This document shows positions 1 to 9,284 of a DNA stretch of 64,000 nucleotides, one piece after another. The stretch is from Verrucomicrobiaceae bacterium (GTDB taxonomy: Bacteria > Verrucomicrobiota > Verrucomicrobiia > Verrucomicrobiales > Akkermansiaceae), in the NCBI GenBank assembly GCA_051252135.1, contig JBPOGH010000006.1:64001-128000 (forward strand). The letters are read 5' to 3'. The notes under the pieces are model-generated. The model had not been told where the DNA came from. It saw nothing but the letters and a program-made list of their open reading frames with translations, and did no database searches. A program made the position numbers and the translations under genes. Positions within the stretch are counted from its first letter, which is position 1. The number at the start of each line of letters is the position of its first letter.

Positions 1-831
1 TTGTTCGACGCTGTCTTTGGTGAGCTCGGCGAAGGCCTTTTCCATCATGTTGGAATATTCCTGTTCCATGAGGGAGCGGACGACGAGGTTCTTTTGGAAG
101 GAGGGGTGGTCGGCGTCGTTGTCGTTTTGGGAGAACGTGAGCGCGCCATTGGTGGTCATGACGAATTGCTGGGTGTTTTGTCCGACCTGGAAGATGTTAT
201 TTCCATCGAAGGACAAGCTCATAGAAGTGAGGTCCTGGTTGTGGGTGGTGTGGAGGCAGTCGGCGATGCGGCCGGCCCAACCGGTGAGTTTTTCGGCACC
301 CAGGGGCAGGGAGGTTTGCCATTGTTCCTGCTGATCAATGTGGGAGAAGAGGGAGCGGGGGAGGGGGTGGGATCCGCTGGAATACTGGGCCATGTCGGTG
401 GGCTGGACGAGGGTGCCGACATTGGAGACGAACGAGAGACGGCGTTTGGCGGTGTCACCGCCGAGGCCATTGAAGAGAGAGCGGATGCCGGAGGTGGCGG
501 GGTGGAGTCCGTAGCCGAGGCCATCGCCTCCGGCGATTTGGTTGAGTCCGAGGAGGGAGGTGTCAGCGAGGGCGACATTTCCGCGCGCGGCGGCGTATTG
601 GGAGTAGCGGGCGTCGGAGGGGACGAGGAGGTTGAAGGAGTCGATGCCGCCGTGGAGGAAGACGCAGACGAGGGTTTTGCGGTCGGTGCCGGTGGCGGGG
701 AGTCCATCGGCGACGGCGTTGTTGGCCATCTTCAGATTGAGAAGAGTGGACATGATGGTCGAGGAACCGAGAGCGGTGCAGGCGGATTCGCCGAGGAACT
801 TGCGGCGGGAGAGGTTTTGGAAGGGAGTCAT
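1..831 (-). CDS. DUF1501-family protein with Tat signal (5' part; runs off window edge)
   Basis: Not in the ORF track. Manual translation from ATG at 831 gives MTPFQNLSRRKFLGESACTALG...TLVCVFLHGGIDSFNLLVP: a twin-arginine SRRKFL motif and an FLxGGxD motif. Lies directly downstream of a DUF1800 gene, its usual partner. Confidence 0.82.
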   Translation of the reverse strand, partial: MTPFQNLSRRKFLGESACTALGSSTIMSTLLNLKMANNAVADGLPATGTDRKTLVCVFLHGGIDSFNLLVPSDARYSQYAAARGNVALADTSLLGLNQIAGGDGLGYGLHPATSGIRSLFNGLGGDTAKRRLSFVSNVGTLVQPTDMAQYSSGSHPLPRSLFSHIDQQEQWQTSLPLGAEKLTGWAGRIADCLHTTHNQDLTSMSLSFDGNNIFQVGQNTQQFVMTTNGALTFSQNDNDADHPSFQKNLVVRSLMEQEYSNMMEKAFAELTKDSVEQ

Positions 832-849
832 GGAATAGTGAGTTATTTT

Positions 850-3800
850 TTAGCGTTGGATGGCTCCTTCGGGGGACATGATGGCGAGGTAGATGGCGAG
901 GCGGACGCGGCCGGAGTGGTCGTCGGGGTCGATGGTGTCGAGGGAGGTTTTGATTTGTGAGCGGGTGGTGGCTGACATGGATCCGCCGCAGATGAGGAGG
1001 TTGAGCTTGTCGATGAGGGCTTCGTGATCCTGGGCGTAGGGGAGGAGGTCGCTGTAGTCCGGGGTGAAGTGGTAGCGGCCGCCCATTTCGAAGCCATCGA
1101 CGACGATGTCCCAGAGGGTGTTGGGGACGGAGACGGCGGTGTAGGAGTTGGTGATCTCGAAGACGGGGCCGTCGAGGTTTGCGTCATCGAGTGCGCCGGG
1201 CGGGGTGTAGTCGGGGCGGTAGAAGTTGAAGACGGTGGGGGCGGAGTAGGGGGCCTGGAAGGTTTCTTCGAGGAAGGTGTCGTAGTCCCACCAGAGGGCG
1301 TTGCCGGAGCGGTTGAATTTTCCGAGTCGGGCGAGGTGCATGGTGCGGATGACGGGCTCGCGGAGGATGCCGAAGTTTGCGCCGGCGGCGATGCCGGGGT
1401 CACGGGCTTCGGGGTCGGTGAGGATGGCGGTGACGACGGCTTTGAGGTCACCACGGACGCCGCTGCCGTTATCGATGAAGACATTTGAAATGCGTTCGAT
1501 GAATTGGGGGGAGGGATTGCTGGTGATGAGGAACTGGATGAGGCTTTTCGAGATGAAGGGGGCGCAGGTGGGGTGCTCAACGAGGTGGCGGATGGTGTCA
1601 CGGATGTCCTGGAGACCGTTGGCTTGCGAGGGGGCGCGGGCGGGGATGACGAAGCCGTTGAGGAGGGTCTTTTCGTTGAAGTCGTGCTGGTCGGTGAACA
1701 TTTCCATGGGGACGAGGAAGTCGGCGTCCTGCCAGCCGCCGGATCCCCAGGGGTTTTTGCCATACCAGAGGCCGGTGAAGACGCGGGCCATCTCGGTGAT
1801 TTGGGTGTTGGTGTAGGTGGGGATGGGCTGGCCTTGTCCGTCGAGTTTTTGGGTGCCGTCGTTATTTAACTCCCAGAGTCCGATGGAGAAGAGCTGCATG
1901 ACTTCGCGGGCGTAGTTTTCATCGGGGAAGCGGTTGAGGGCGAGGTCGGGCGGTTGGTTGCCGACGTGGGAGAGGTAGAGGCCCATGCAGGGGTCGAGGG
2001 AGACGGCGAGGAGGAGGTCGTAGTAGTTCCCGAAGGCCTGATCGATGAGGCGGTCGTAGTATTTTGAAACGGCGAGGGGGCGGTTGTTGAGGCCGGCATC
2101 GCGGCGGGAGATGACGAGGATTTGGGAGAGGGCGAAGGCGACGCGTTGGCGGAGTTGGTCGGGGCCGGAGATGGCGGCGCGGGCGAAGGAGGATTGGACA
2201 TTGTGGCCGTTTACGAAGTCGCTGAGTTCGTTGTAGGAATAGTGCTCGAGCTTGGTGCGGGGGCCATCGAAGTCGGCCATGATTTCCTCGATGTAGTCGC
2301 GGTGGTGGGTGGCTGGTTGGTTTTCGATTTGGTCGGTGATCCAGGCGTTGATGCCCATGGAGCGGACTTTTTCGATGTCGGCGATGGTGGGGCCGAAGGT
2401 GGCCTGGAGGAGGAGGCGGGAGGCGTCGTGCGGGGTGGTGGATGGGGGAGGGGTGCCGGCGGAGAAGTTGGTCTGATTTTGGTAGAGGGAGTGGAAGGCG
2501 GCGAGGTCTCCGGAGACGGTGGTGTCGGGTGCGCCGTCGTTATTTGTGTCAATGGGGACGGCGCGGGCGAGGGAGCTGGCGGAGGTGGCGGAAGAGCCGA
2601 GGATGGATTCGTCCCAGTCGGAGAGTCCGTCGAGGTCAGTGTCGCGATCGGTGATGGAGGCGCGGAAGAATTGGCTATCACCGGTGGCCTCGGTGGTGAG
2701 GGAGTAGGTGTCGCCGATGAGGCCGGGGGCTTCGGGGTGGGTGGTGAAGGAGGTGAGGCCGGTGGCGGACTCGAGGGCCTGGGTTTTGTGGGCCATGTTG
2801 GGCCACTGGAGGTCGAGGAATCCGGAGGTGGATGAGGGGGCGGAGGAGAGGCGGAAGTTTGAGGTGGCATCAAGCGGATCGGTGCCGGCGATGGCCTCGC
2901 GGAGGTTGGACTGTCCGTCGCCATCGGAGTCGAGCGCGGGATTCAGGCTGCCGGTTTGGAAGTGGGATTCCCAGACGTCAGAGAAGCCGTTGCCATTGAG
3001 GTCGGTGGTGGCGGCGGGTGGGCTGGTGAAGAAGTGGGGCTTGCTGGTGGCGAGGAGGGGGTCGGTGAATTGGTCGGCTTCGACGTCGTCATTGACTCCG
3101 TCGTTGTCAGAATCCTGGTTGTTCGGGAGGGTGCCGAGGAGGGATTCGCGGAGGTTGGTGAGGTTGTCGGAGTCGGGGTCGAGGGCGGCGTCGGCGGGGT
3201 CGTTGGGATTGAGGGAGTGTGCGATTTCCCAGGCGTCGCTCATGCCGTCGTTATCGGCATCGGCGCAGTGGGCCATGCCGGGGAGTTGGTGGACGGGGGT
3301 GGCGGTGCGGAAGAGGGAGATGCCGTAGTCGAGATTGAAGTCCGATTGGTCGTTGATGCCATCGGAAGACCAGAGTGCGGATTGGTCGAGGATGGTGGAA
3401 GAGGGGATGACATCCGGGAAGGTATGGGAGGCGACGGTGGTGGCGGTTGTTTGGTTGATGATGGAGAATACGAGGGTCCAGGTGCCGGCGTTTTCGGTCG
3501 CCTGCATGCGGAAGGTGAGTGGGTCGGTGGTGTCACAGGGGCCGAAGCCGCTGAGTCCGAGGGAGGCGGTGATGTCGGCGTTGTTGGTGATGTTGTTATC
3601 CCAGCCTCCGGAGTTGGAGAATCCTCCGTTGGCCCAGGAATTGAAGGAGTATCCGAGGCCGCCATTTACCTCGCGGAGGCGGAAGCGGAAGGTGCGCCAG
3701 TTGTTGCTTTGGACGCGGTTCAGGACGTGCCATTCGATGGCGGTGCGGGCGTGGCCGCCGGAGAGCTCGATGGGGACGTTGCGGTCGAAGACGAACTGGA

Positions 3801-5787
3801 GGTCGGTCGCTTCCCAGAGGAGTCCGGTGGGGGAGGATTGGTAGGCGGGGACGGGAGGGAGGGCGTGTGAGGCGGACTGGGGATCGGAGAAGGAGGCGGC
3901 TTCGGCGGCGTCATTGGTGCCATCGGAATCGGAGTCAGCGAGGAGGGGGTTGCTGGGGAGGGGGGCGTTGAGCTCGGCGAAGTCGGAGAGGCCGTCGCCA
4001 TCGGAGTCGGCGTAATTCACCTGGGTGCCGGCGTTGACTTCGGCGAGGTCATTGAGGCCGTCGCCATCGGAGTCGGCGAGGTTGGGGTTGGAGCCTGCGT
4101 TGAACTCGGCGAGGTGGTCGAGGCCATCGGAGTCGGAGTCAGCGGTGGCATTTGAAACGGCGGGATTTGATTTGTGGCGGAGCTCCCAGTAGTCGGGGAG
4201 TCCGTCGGAGTCGGTATCGATGGAGGTGTCGACGATTTGGATGGCGGCGATGCCGGAGGTGTTGTTAGCAGCCTGAAAGAGTTCGAGGGCCTGGGTGGAT
4301 CCGGAGAGGCCGGGAAGGCGGACGACATTGGCGAAAGTTGCTCCGGGGCCGGGGGAGGTCATGGGCTCAATGAAGGTGGAAATGGGCGAGACGGCGCGGG
4401 AGCGGAAGGTTTGGTCGGTGTTGGGGTCGGCATTTAAGCGCAGCGTGCTGGTGGTGCCGATGTAGTCGGCGGAGAGGTAGAGGTAGAGGTCGTAGCTGGA
4501 GAAGGGGATGTTGCCGAGGTTGAGGGTGGCGGGGAAGGTGGAGTCGTTGGCGAGGAAACCGTGGAGGAGGTTGGCAGCGGGGGAGCCGTAGTTTGACGAA
4601 GTACGAACGCCATCATAGCTGAAGGTGAGGGTGAGGGCGGTGGAGGATCCCGAGGAGTCGACGATGGTGCCGGCAGTGGGGCTGACGATATCATTTTGAT
4701 CTCCGGTGAGGAGAGGGGTGCCGCTGGAGACGCCCCACCAGCGGAGGGTGTTGGTATGGTTCCAGTTGGTCTGGGGGACGATGCCATTGGGAGAGATGGT
4801 GGGCCATGTTCCGCGGGTGTCTTCCTGACCGGAGCGGAAATTGATGCCGATGGAGCCGGACCATGCGGGCGGGGTGCTGGTGTTGCTTTGGGGGTCGAAG
4901 CCGGTGGCGATCTCCCAGCCGTCGGAGGCGCCATCGGAATCGGAATCGGCGAGGGCGGGGTTAGAGGAGGTTTCGTTTCCATCGAGGATTCCGTCGTCGT
5001 CCGAATCGGGATTGAGCGGGTCGGTGGTGGTTTCGAGTTGGTCGGTGAGGTTGTCTTCGTCGGTGTCTGCGAGGCGGGGGTTGGTGCCGGCGGTGAATTC
5101 CTGGAGGGCGGTGAGGGTGTCGCCATCGAGATCGGCGGAAGCGTCGGCGGCGTTGTTATCGGAGAGTTGGTAGAGGGTTTCCCAGTGGAGCGGGATGCCG
5201 TCGGAGTCGGCGTCCTGAAGGGCGGTGGGGTCGAGATCGACGGAGAAGGTATCGATGGCGATCCAGGTGTTTGCGGTGCCGCCGGTGCGGGTCATGGTGA
5301 GGTAGTTGGCACCGGTGTTGAGGGTGATGGTGCTGGTAGGGACGGAGAAGGAGAAGGTGCGGTAGCTTTCGAAGGAGGGCGTGGTGTAGATGGCGGGGCC
5401 GCCATTGAAGCTGATGGAGACCTCGCTGGCGGGCGTTCCGCCTCCGCTCATTCCGGACCAGATGAAGTCGAGATTCACCGTGATGATGCCGTCATTTCCG
5501 GCCTGGAGGGCGGTGAGGGGAAAGTGGATGTGGTTGGAGGGGTCCCAAGTGGTGAGGGCCCACTCGAAGTTAGCGACTTCTTCATCGTCCGGGCGGGGAG
5601 GGTCGGCAGGGTCGGTTCCGGCGAGGAAGTAGTGGTCGTCGAGCGCGGTGGCGCTGGGAGGATTGGTGTCGTTGATTTCCTGGGAGAACTCGTTGGTGGA
5701 GCCGTCATCGATGCCGATGGTGAAGAGGTTCGCCAGTTGGGCGTTCGCGGAGGCGGAAAGAAGAAGGAGGCAAAGAGAGGCTCTCAT
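850..5787 (-). CDS. Large secreted protein: N-terminal beta-sandwich domains, many DxDxDG (thrombospondin type 3-like) repeats, C-terminal DUF1800 domain
   Basis: 1645 aa ORF with a signal peptide and repeated DSDxDG...E...G.xP motifs. C-terminal motifs ASRLLLQATFGP, DQLRQRVAFALSQILVIS, PDENYAREVMQLFSIGL and APTVFNFY are typical of DUF1800. Confidence 0.85.
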   Translation of the reverse strand: MRASLCLLLLSASANAQLANLFTIGIDDGSTNEFSQEINDTNPPSATALDDHYFLAGTDPADPPRPDDEEVANFEWALTTWDPSNHIHFPLTALQAGNDGIITVNLDFIWSGMSGGGTPASEVSISFNGGPAIYTTPSFESYRTFSFSVPTSTITLNTGANYLTMTRTGGTANTWIAIDTFSVDLDPTALQDADSDGIPLHWETLYQLSDNNAADASADLDGDTLTALQEFTAGTNPRLADTDEDNLTDQLETTTDPLNPDSDDDGILDGNETSSNPALADSDSDGASDGWEIATGFDPQSNTSTPPAWSGSIGINFRSGQEDTRGTWPTISPNGIVPQTNWNHTNTLRWWGVSSGTPLLTGDQNDIVSPTAGTIVDSSGSSTALTLTFSYDGVRTSSNYGSPAANLLHGFLANDSTFPATLNLGNIPFSSYDLYLYLSADYIGTTSTLRLNADPNTDQTFRSRAVSPISTFIEPMTSPGPGATFANVVRLPGLSGSTQALELFQAANNTSGIAAIQIVDTSIDTDSDGLPDYWELRHKSNPAVSNATADSDSDGLDHLAEFNAGSNPNLADSDGDGLNDLAEVNAGTQVNYADSDGDGLSDFAELNAPLPSNPLLADSDSDGTNDAAEAASFSDPQSASHALPPVPAYQSSPTGLLWEATDLQFVFDRNVPIELSGGHARTAIEWHVLNRVQSNNWRTFRFRLREVNGGLGYSFNSWANGGFSNSGGWDNNITNNADITASLGLSGFGPCDTTDPLTFRMQATENAGTWTLVFSIINQTTATTVASHTFPDVIPSSTILDQSALWSSDGINDQSDFNLDYGISLFRTATPVHQLPGMAHCADADNDGMSDAWEIAHSLNPNDPADAALDPDSDNLTNLRESLLGTLPNNQDSDNDGVNDDVEADQFTDPLLATSKPHFFTSPPAATTDLNGNGFSDVWESHFQTGSLNPALDSDGDGQSNLREAIAGTDPLDATSNFRLSSAPSSTSGFLDLQWPNMAHKTQALESATGLTSFTTHPEAPGLIGDTYSLTTEATGDSQFFRASITDRDTDLDGLSDWDESILGSSATSASSLARAVPIDTNNDGAPDTTVSGDLAAFHSLYQNQTNFSAGTPPPSTTPHDASRLLLQATFGPTIADIEKVRSMGINAWITDQIENQPATHHRDYIEEIMADFDGPRTKLEHYSYNELSDFVNGHNVQSSFARAAISGPDQLRQRVAFALSQILVISRRDAGLNNRPLAVSKYYDRLIDQAFGNYYDLLLAVSLDPCMGLYLSHVGNQPPDLALNRFPDENYAREVMQLFSIGLWELNNDGTQKLDGQGQPIPTYTNTQITEMARVFTGLWYGKNPWGSGGWQDADFLVPMEMFTDQHDFNEKTLLNGFVIPARAPSQANGLQDIRDTIRHLVEHPTCAPFISKSLIQFLITSNPSPQFIERISNVFIDNGSGVRGDLKAVVTAILTDPEARDPGIAAGANFGILREPVIRTMHLARLGKFNRSGNALWWDYDTFLEETFQAPYSAPTVFNFYRPDYTPPGALDDANLDGPVFEITNSYTAVSVPNTLWDIVVDGFEMGGRYHFTPDYSDLLPYAQDHEALIDKLNLLICGGSMSATTRSQIKTSLDTIDPDDHSGRVRLAIYLAIMSPEGAIQR

Positions 5788-5883
5788 ATGATCAGGGGTC
5801 CTATTGCTAAGACGGTTAAGAATGGGTTAGGTTACAAACAGCGCAGGGGTGGACAAGTATCAAACTTATCTTAAGCTCCTCAG

Positions 5884-8043
5884 GTGGACTTCCGATTAGC
5901 GAGCGAATACACGCCAAAAGGCGACCAGGAGCAGGCGATTGCGAAGCTGGTGAAGTCGGTTAAGGCGGGGAACCGGCATCAGACGCTGCTGGGGGTGACG
6001 GGATCGGGGAAGACGTTTACGATGGCGAATGTGATTCAGGAGATTCAGCGGCCGACGTTGATCATGAGTCACAACAAGACCTTGGCGGCGCAGCTGTACT
6101 CGGAGTTTAAGGCGTTCTTTCCGGACAATGCGGTGGAGTATTTTGTGTCGTACTTCGACTACTACCAACCGGAGGCCTACATTCCGCGGTCGGACACCTA
6201 CATTGAGAAGGATTCGTCGATTAACGAAGAGATCGAGCGACTTCGTCTTTCAACGATGGGGTCGTTGATTACGCGGCCGGATACGATTGTGGTGGCCTCG
6301 GTGAGTTGCATCTATGGATTGGGAAATCCGGAGGACTACAAGGACATGATGTATGGGGTGCGGAAGGGGATGGAGATTGGACGGGATGAGTTTTTACATG
6401 AGCTGGTGAGCTTGCTGTTTGAGCGGAACGATATTGCGTTTCAGCGGGGGAATTTTCGGGTGCGGGGGGATGTGGTGGAGGTGCGACCGGCATATCTGGA
6501 GGACACCGCGATTCGGGTGGAATTTTTTGGGGACGAGATTGACCGGATTTCGGCGATTGATGTGATGAGCGGGCACGCGATCGATGAGGTGACGAACTAC
6601 GTCTTTTATCCGGCGAAGCAGTTTGTGAGTTCCAAGGAGAAGCTCAAGAATGCGATGGTGGCGATTCGTCAGGAACTGGATGACCGGATTACGTGGTTTG
6701 AGAAAGAGGGGAAATTGATCGAGGCTCAGCGACTGCGGATGCGGACCGAGTATGATCTGGAGATGATGCAGGAGATGGGTTTTTGTCAGGGGATTGAGAA
6801 CTACTCGCGGCATATCACGGGGAGGAAGCCGGGGGATCGGCCGTATACGCTGCTGGACTTTTTTCCGAATGACTATCTGCTGATGGTGGATGAGAGCCAT
6901 GCCTCGCTGCCACAGGTGCGGGGGATGTTTGAGGGGGACAAGAGCCGGAAGTCGGTGCTGGTGGATCACGGGTTTCGTTTGCCGAGTGCGATGGACAACC
7001 GTCCGTTGCGCTTTGACGAATACATGAAGATGACGAACCAGCGGTTGTATGTGAGTGCGACGCCGGGGCCGTTTGAGATTATCAATTCGAGGCCGGACAA
7101 CCCGACGTTTATTCCGATCAAGGCGCGGAATGATGAGGACTTTGATCCGACTTTTGCGAAGCGGCTTAAGCCAAAGCCGAGTGGATCGGCGGAAGATCCG
7201 GAGGACTTTGATGTGACGCTTGGGGGGCGGCAGTTGATTGTGGAGCAGATCATTCGGCCGACGGGCTTGCTGGATCCGGTGCTCACCTTGAGGCCGCTGA
7301 AATCGCAGATTGATGAGACGATCGAACTGTGTCGTCAGCGGGTTGAGAAAGAGGAGAGGGTGTTGGTGACGACCTTGACGAAGAAGACGGCGGAGGACCT
7401 GGCGGAATACCTGCAGGGGGTGGATTTAAAATGCCGCTACATTCATGCGGATGTGGACGCGATTGAGCGGGTCGAGATTCTGCGGGCGCTGCGGGCGGCG
7501 GAGTTTGATATTTTGATTGGGATCAACTTGCTGCGGGAGGGGCTGGATTTGCCGGAGGTGTCACTGGTTTGTATTCTGGATGCGGATAAGGAAGGATTTT
7601 TGCGGAACGAGACGAGTCTCATTCAGACGGCGGGACGAGCGGCAAGGCATGTGAATGGCGAGTGCGTGCTGTTTTGCGATACGGTGACGGATTCTATTCA
7701 GACCTTACTCAATGTGACGGAGCATCGCCGGATGGTGCAGCAGGAATACAATGAGAAGCACGGGATCACGCCACAGAGTGTGGTGCGGGCGGTGCAGAAG
7801 AGTCTCCATGAGCGCGGGAAGGGGACTTCGGAAGGGGACAAGCTGAACCAATCGATGGTGGCGGAAGACGAGATGATTTACAACGCGGTGGAAGTGATTC
7901 GGGAGATGGAGGAGGATATGCAGAAGGCGTCGGCGCGGCTTGAGTTTGAGAAGGCGGCGCACTTAAGGGATCAGATCAAGGAGTTGAGGAAGCGGGCGGG
8001 GATTGAGCAGCCGGAGCGGAAGCGAAGGGATGTGAAGTATTGA
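5884..8043 (+). CDS. uvrB: Excinuclease ABC subunit B
   Basis: Walker A GVTGSGKT, YFVSYFDYYQPEAY beta-hairpin, VDESH, GINLLREGLDLPEV, QTAGRAAR, C-terminal UVR coiled coil. Confidence 0.98.
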   Translation: MDFRLASEYTPKGDQEQAIAKLVKSVKAGNRHQTLLGVTGSGKTFTMANVIQEIQRPTLIMSHNKTLAAQLYSEFKAFFPDNAVEYFVSYFDYYQPEAYIPRSDTYIEKDSSINEEIERLRLSTMGSLITRPDTIVVASVSCIYGLGNPEDYKDMMYGVRKGMEIGRDEFLHELVSLLFERNDIAFQRGNFRVRGDVVEVRPAYLEDTAIRVEFFGDEIDRISAIDVMSGHAIDEVTNYVFYPAKQFVSSKEKLKNAMVAIRQELDDRITWFEKEGKLIEAQRLRMRTEYDLEMMQEMGFCQGIENYSRHITGRKPGDRPYTLLDFFPNDYLLMVDESHASLPQVRGMFEGDKSRKSVLVDHGFRLPSAMDNRPLRFDEYMKMTNQRLYVSATPGPFEIINSRPDNPTFIPIKARNDEDFDPTFAKRLKPKPSGSAEDPEDFDVTLGGRQLIVEQIIRPTGLLDPVLTLRPLKSQIDETIELCRQRVEKEERVLVTTLTKKTAEDLAEYLQGVDLKCRYIHADVDAIERVEILRALRAAEFDILIGINLLREGLDLPEVSLVCILDADKEGFLRNETSLIQTAGRAARHVNGECVLFCDTVTDSIQTLLNVTEHRRMVQQEYNEKHGITPQSVVRAVQKSLHERGKGTSEGDKLNQSMVAEDEMIYNAVEVIREMEEDMQKASARLEFEKAAHLRDQIKELRKRAGIEQPERKRRDVKY

Positions 8044-8070
8044 TTTTGGATTGGGTTGTGGAGGGGGGGA

Positions 8071-8302
8071 CCACGAAATTTTCGAAAGACACGAAACTTT
8101 GTTGAGGGGCTTGGTTGGGGGGATAATCCGCAGATTTCGCAGATGGGCGCAGATTTTTGTTGGTTGAGGGGCGTTGGTTCCGGATGTTCGGCTGAAGCCT
8201 GCACTACAAACTGGGGCTTGGTTGAGGGGGCGTAAGGCTGGAAGCCCACGCTCCATATTCTTGGTTGAGGGGAAGCGGGCAGGAATACCCACTCTCCATA
8301 TT
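8071..8302. repeat. Mosaic intergenic cluster of short repeats and REP-like palindromes joined by a TTGGTTGAGGGG linker
   Basis: TTGGTTGAGGGG at 8160, 8218 and 8261, with a variant at 8098. CGAAA x3 at 9-bp period (8074-8096) and CGCAGAT x3 (8129-8154). Minus-strand GTAG/GGAG-started palindromes at 8190-8207, 8235-8255 and 8275-8298. Confidence 0.6.
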
Positions 8303-8365
8303 GGGGGGACGATTCAATAGATCGGGCATTGCTCTTGGGTTGGCTTTGGCGGTAGGGTCTTTTTT

Positions 8366-9280
8366 GTGAAAGCAGGAGTTCTTGGGTTTCCCGATCGGCG
8401 TGATAGTCCGACGATTGATCAGGTGGGTGTGGAGGAGCGTGCGAAGCGGTTTTGTGCGCGGAGCATTAAGAAGGAGACGAAGATGTCGGGGCTGAAGCTT
8501 GCGGTGACGATGCTCGATGTGACGACCTTGGAGGGAGCCGATTCCGTGGGGAAGGTGCAGCAGATGTGTCAGAAGGCGATGCAGCCACTTCCGGGTGATC
8601 CTTCGGTGGGGCCTGCGGCGGCGGTTTGTGTTTATCCGAGGATGGTGAAGACGGCGGCGAAAGCGGTCGAAGGATCGGGAGTGCAGGTGGCGGCGGTGGC
8701 GACGCAATTTCCTTCGGGGCAGATGCGACTTAAGGAGCGGGTGGCGGAGGTGCGTTATGCGGTGAGCCAGGGGGCGGATGAGATCGATATGGTGATTTCG
8801 CGCGGGCTGTTTATGCAGGGCGAGTATCGGGCGGTTTTTGATGAGATTGCGTCGTGCAAGGAAGCGTGCGGGGAGGCGCACTTGAAAGTGATTTTGGAAA
8901 CGGGCGAGCTGACGACTTACGACAGTGTGCGTTGGGCGAGCGACATCGCGATTGCGGCGGGGGCGGACTTTATTAAAACGTCGACGGGTAAGGTGCCGAT
9001 TGCGGCGACGCTGCCCGTGACGCTGGTGATGCTGCAGGCGATTGAAGATCATTATGACCGCACCGGCAAGATGGTGGGGATGAAGCCGGCAGGCGGGATC
9101 AGCAATGCGAAGTTGGCGCTTCAGTATTTGGTGATGGTGCGCGAGGTGCTGGGGGAGAAATGGCTCAACAATAAGTGGTTTCGCTTTGGGGCGAGCTCGC
9201 TGACGAATGATCTGCTGATGCAGATTCGCAAACAAGAGACCGGTCGTTACCAGAGCGGAGATTATTTTACGAAGGACTGA
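8366..9280 (+). CDS. deoC: Deoxyribose-phosphate aldolase
   Basis: LDVTTLEG, AAVCVYP, GADEIDMVI, LKVILETGEL, GADFIKTSTGK (Schiff-base Lys), KPAGGI, RFGASSL. Confidence 0.95.
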   Translation: MKAGVLGFPDRRDSPTIDQVGVEERAKRFCARSIKKETKMSGLKLAVTMLDVTTLEGADSVGKVQQMCQKAMQPLPGDPSVGPAAAVCVYPRMVKTAAKAVEGSGVQVAAVATQFPSGQMRLKERVAEVRYAVSQGADEIDMVISRGLFMQGEYRAVFDEIASCKEACGEAHLKVILETGELTTYDSVRWASDIAIAAGADFIKTSTGKVPIAATLPVTLVMLQAIEDHYDRTGKMVGMKPAGGISNAKLALQYLVMVREVLGEKWLNNKWFRFGASSLTNDLLMQIRKQETGRYQSGDYFTKD

Positions 9281-9284
9281 TACC

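Noticed and set aside
7081..7236. Intein in uvrB
   Set aside because: Too short, with no N-terminal Cys/Ser block or C-terminal His-Asn.
8098..8272. CRISPR-like repeat-spacer array
   Set aside because: The repeat is only 12 bp and non-palindromic, spacing is irregular (62, 58, 43 bp), the spacers are themselves repeat units, and no cas genes are present.
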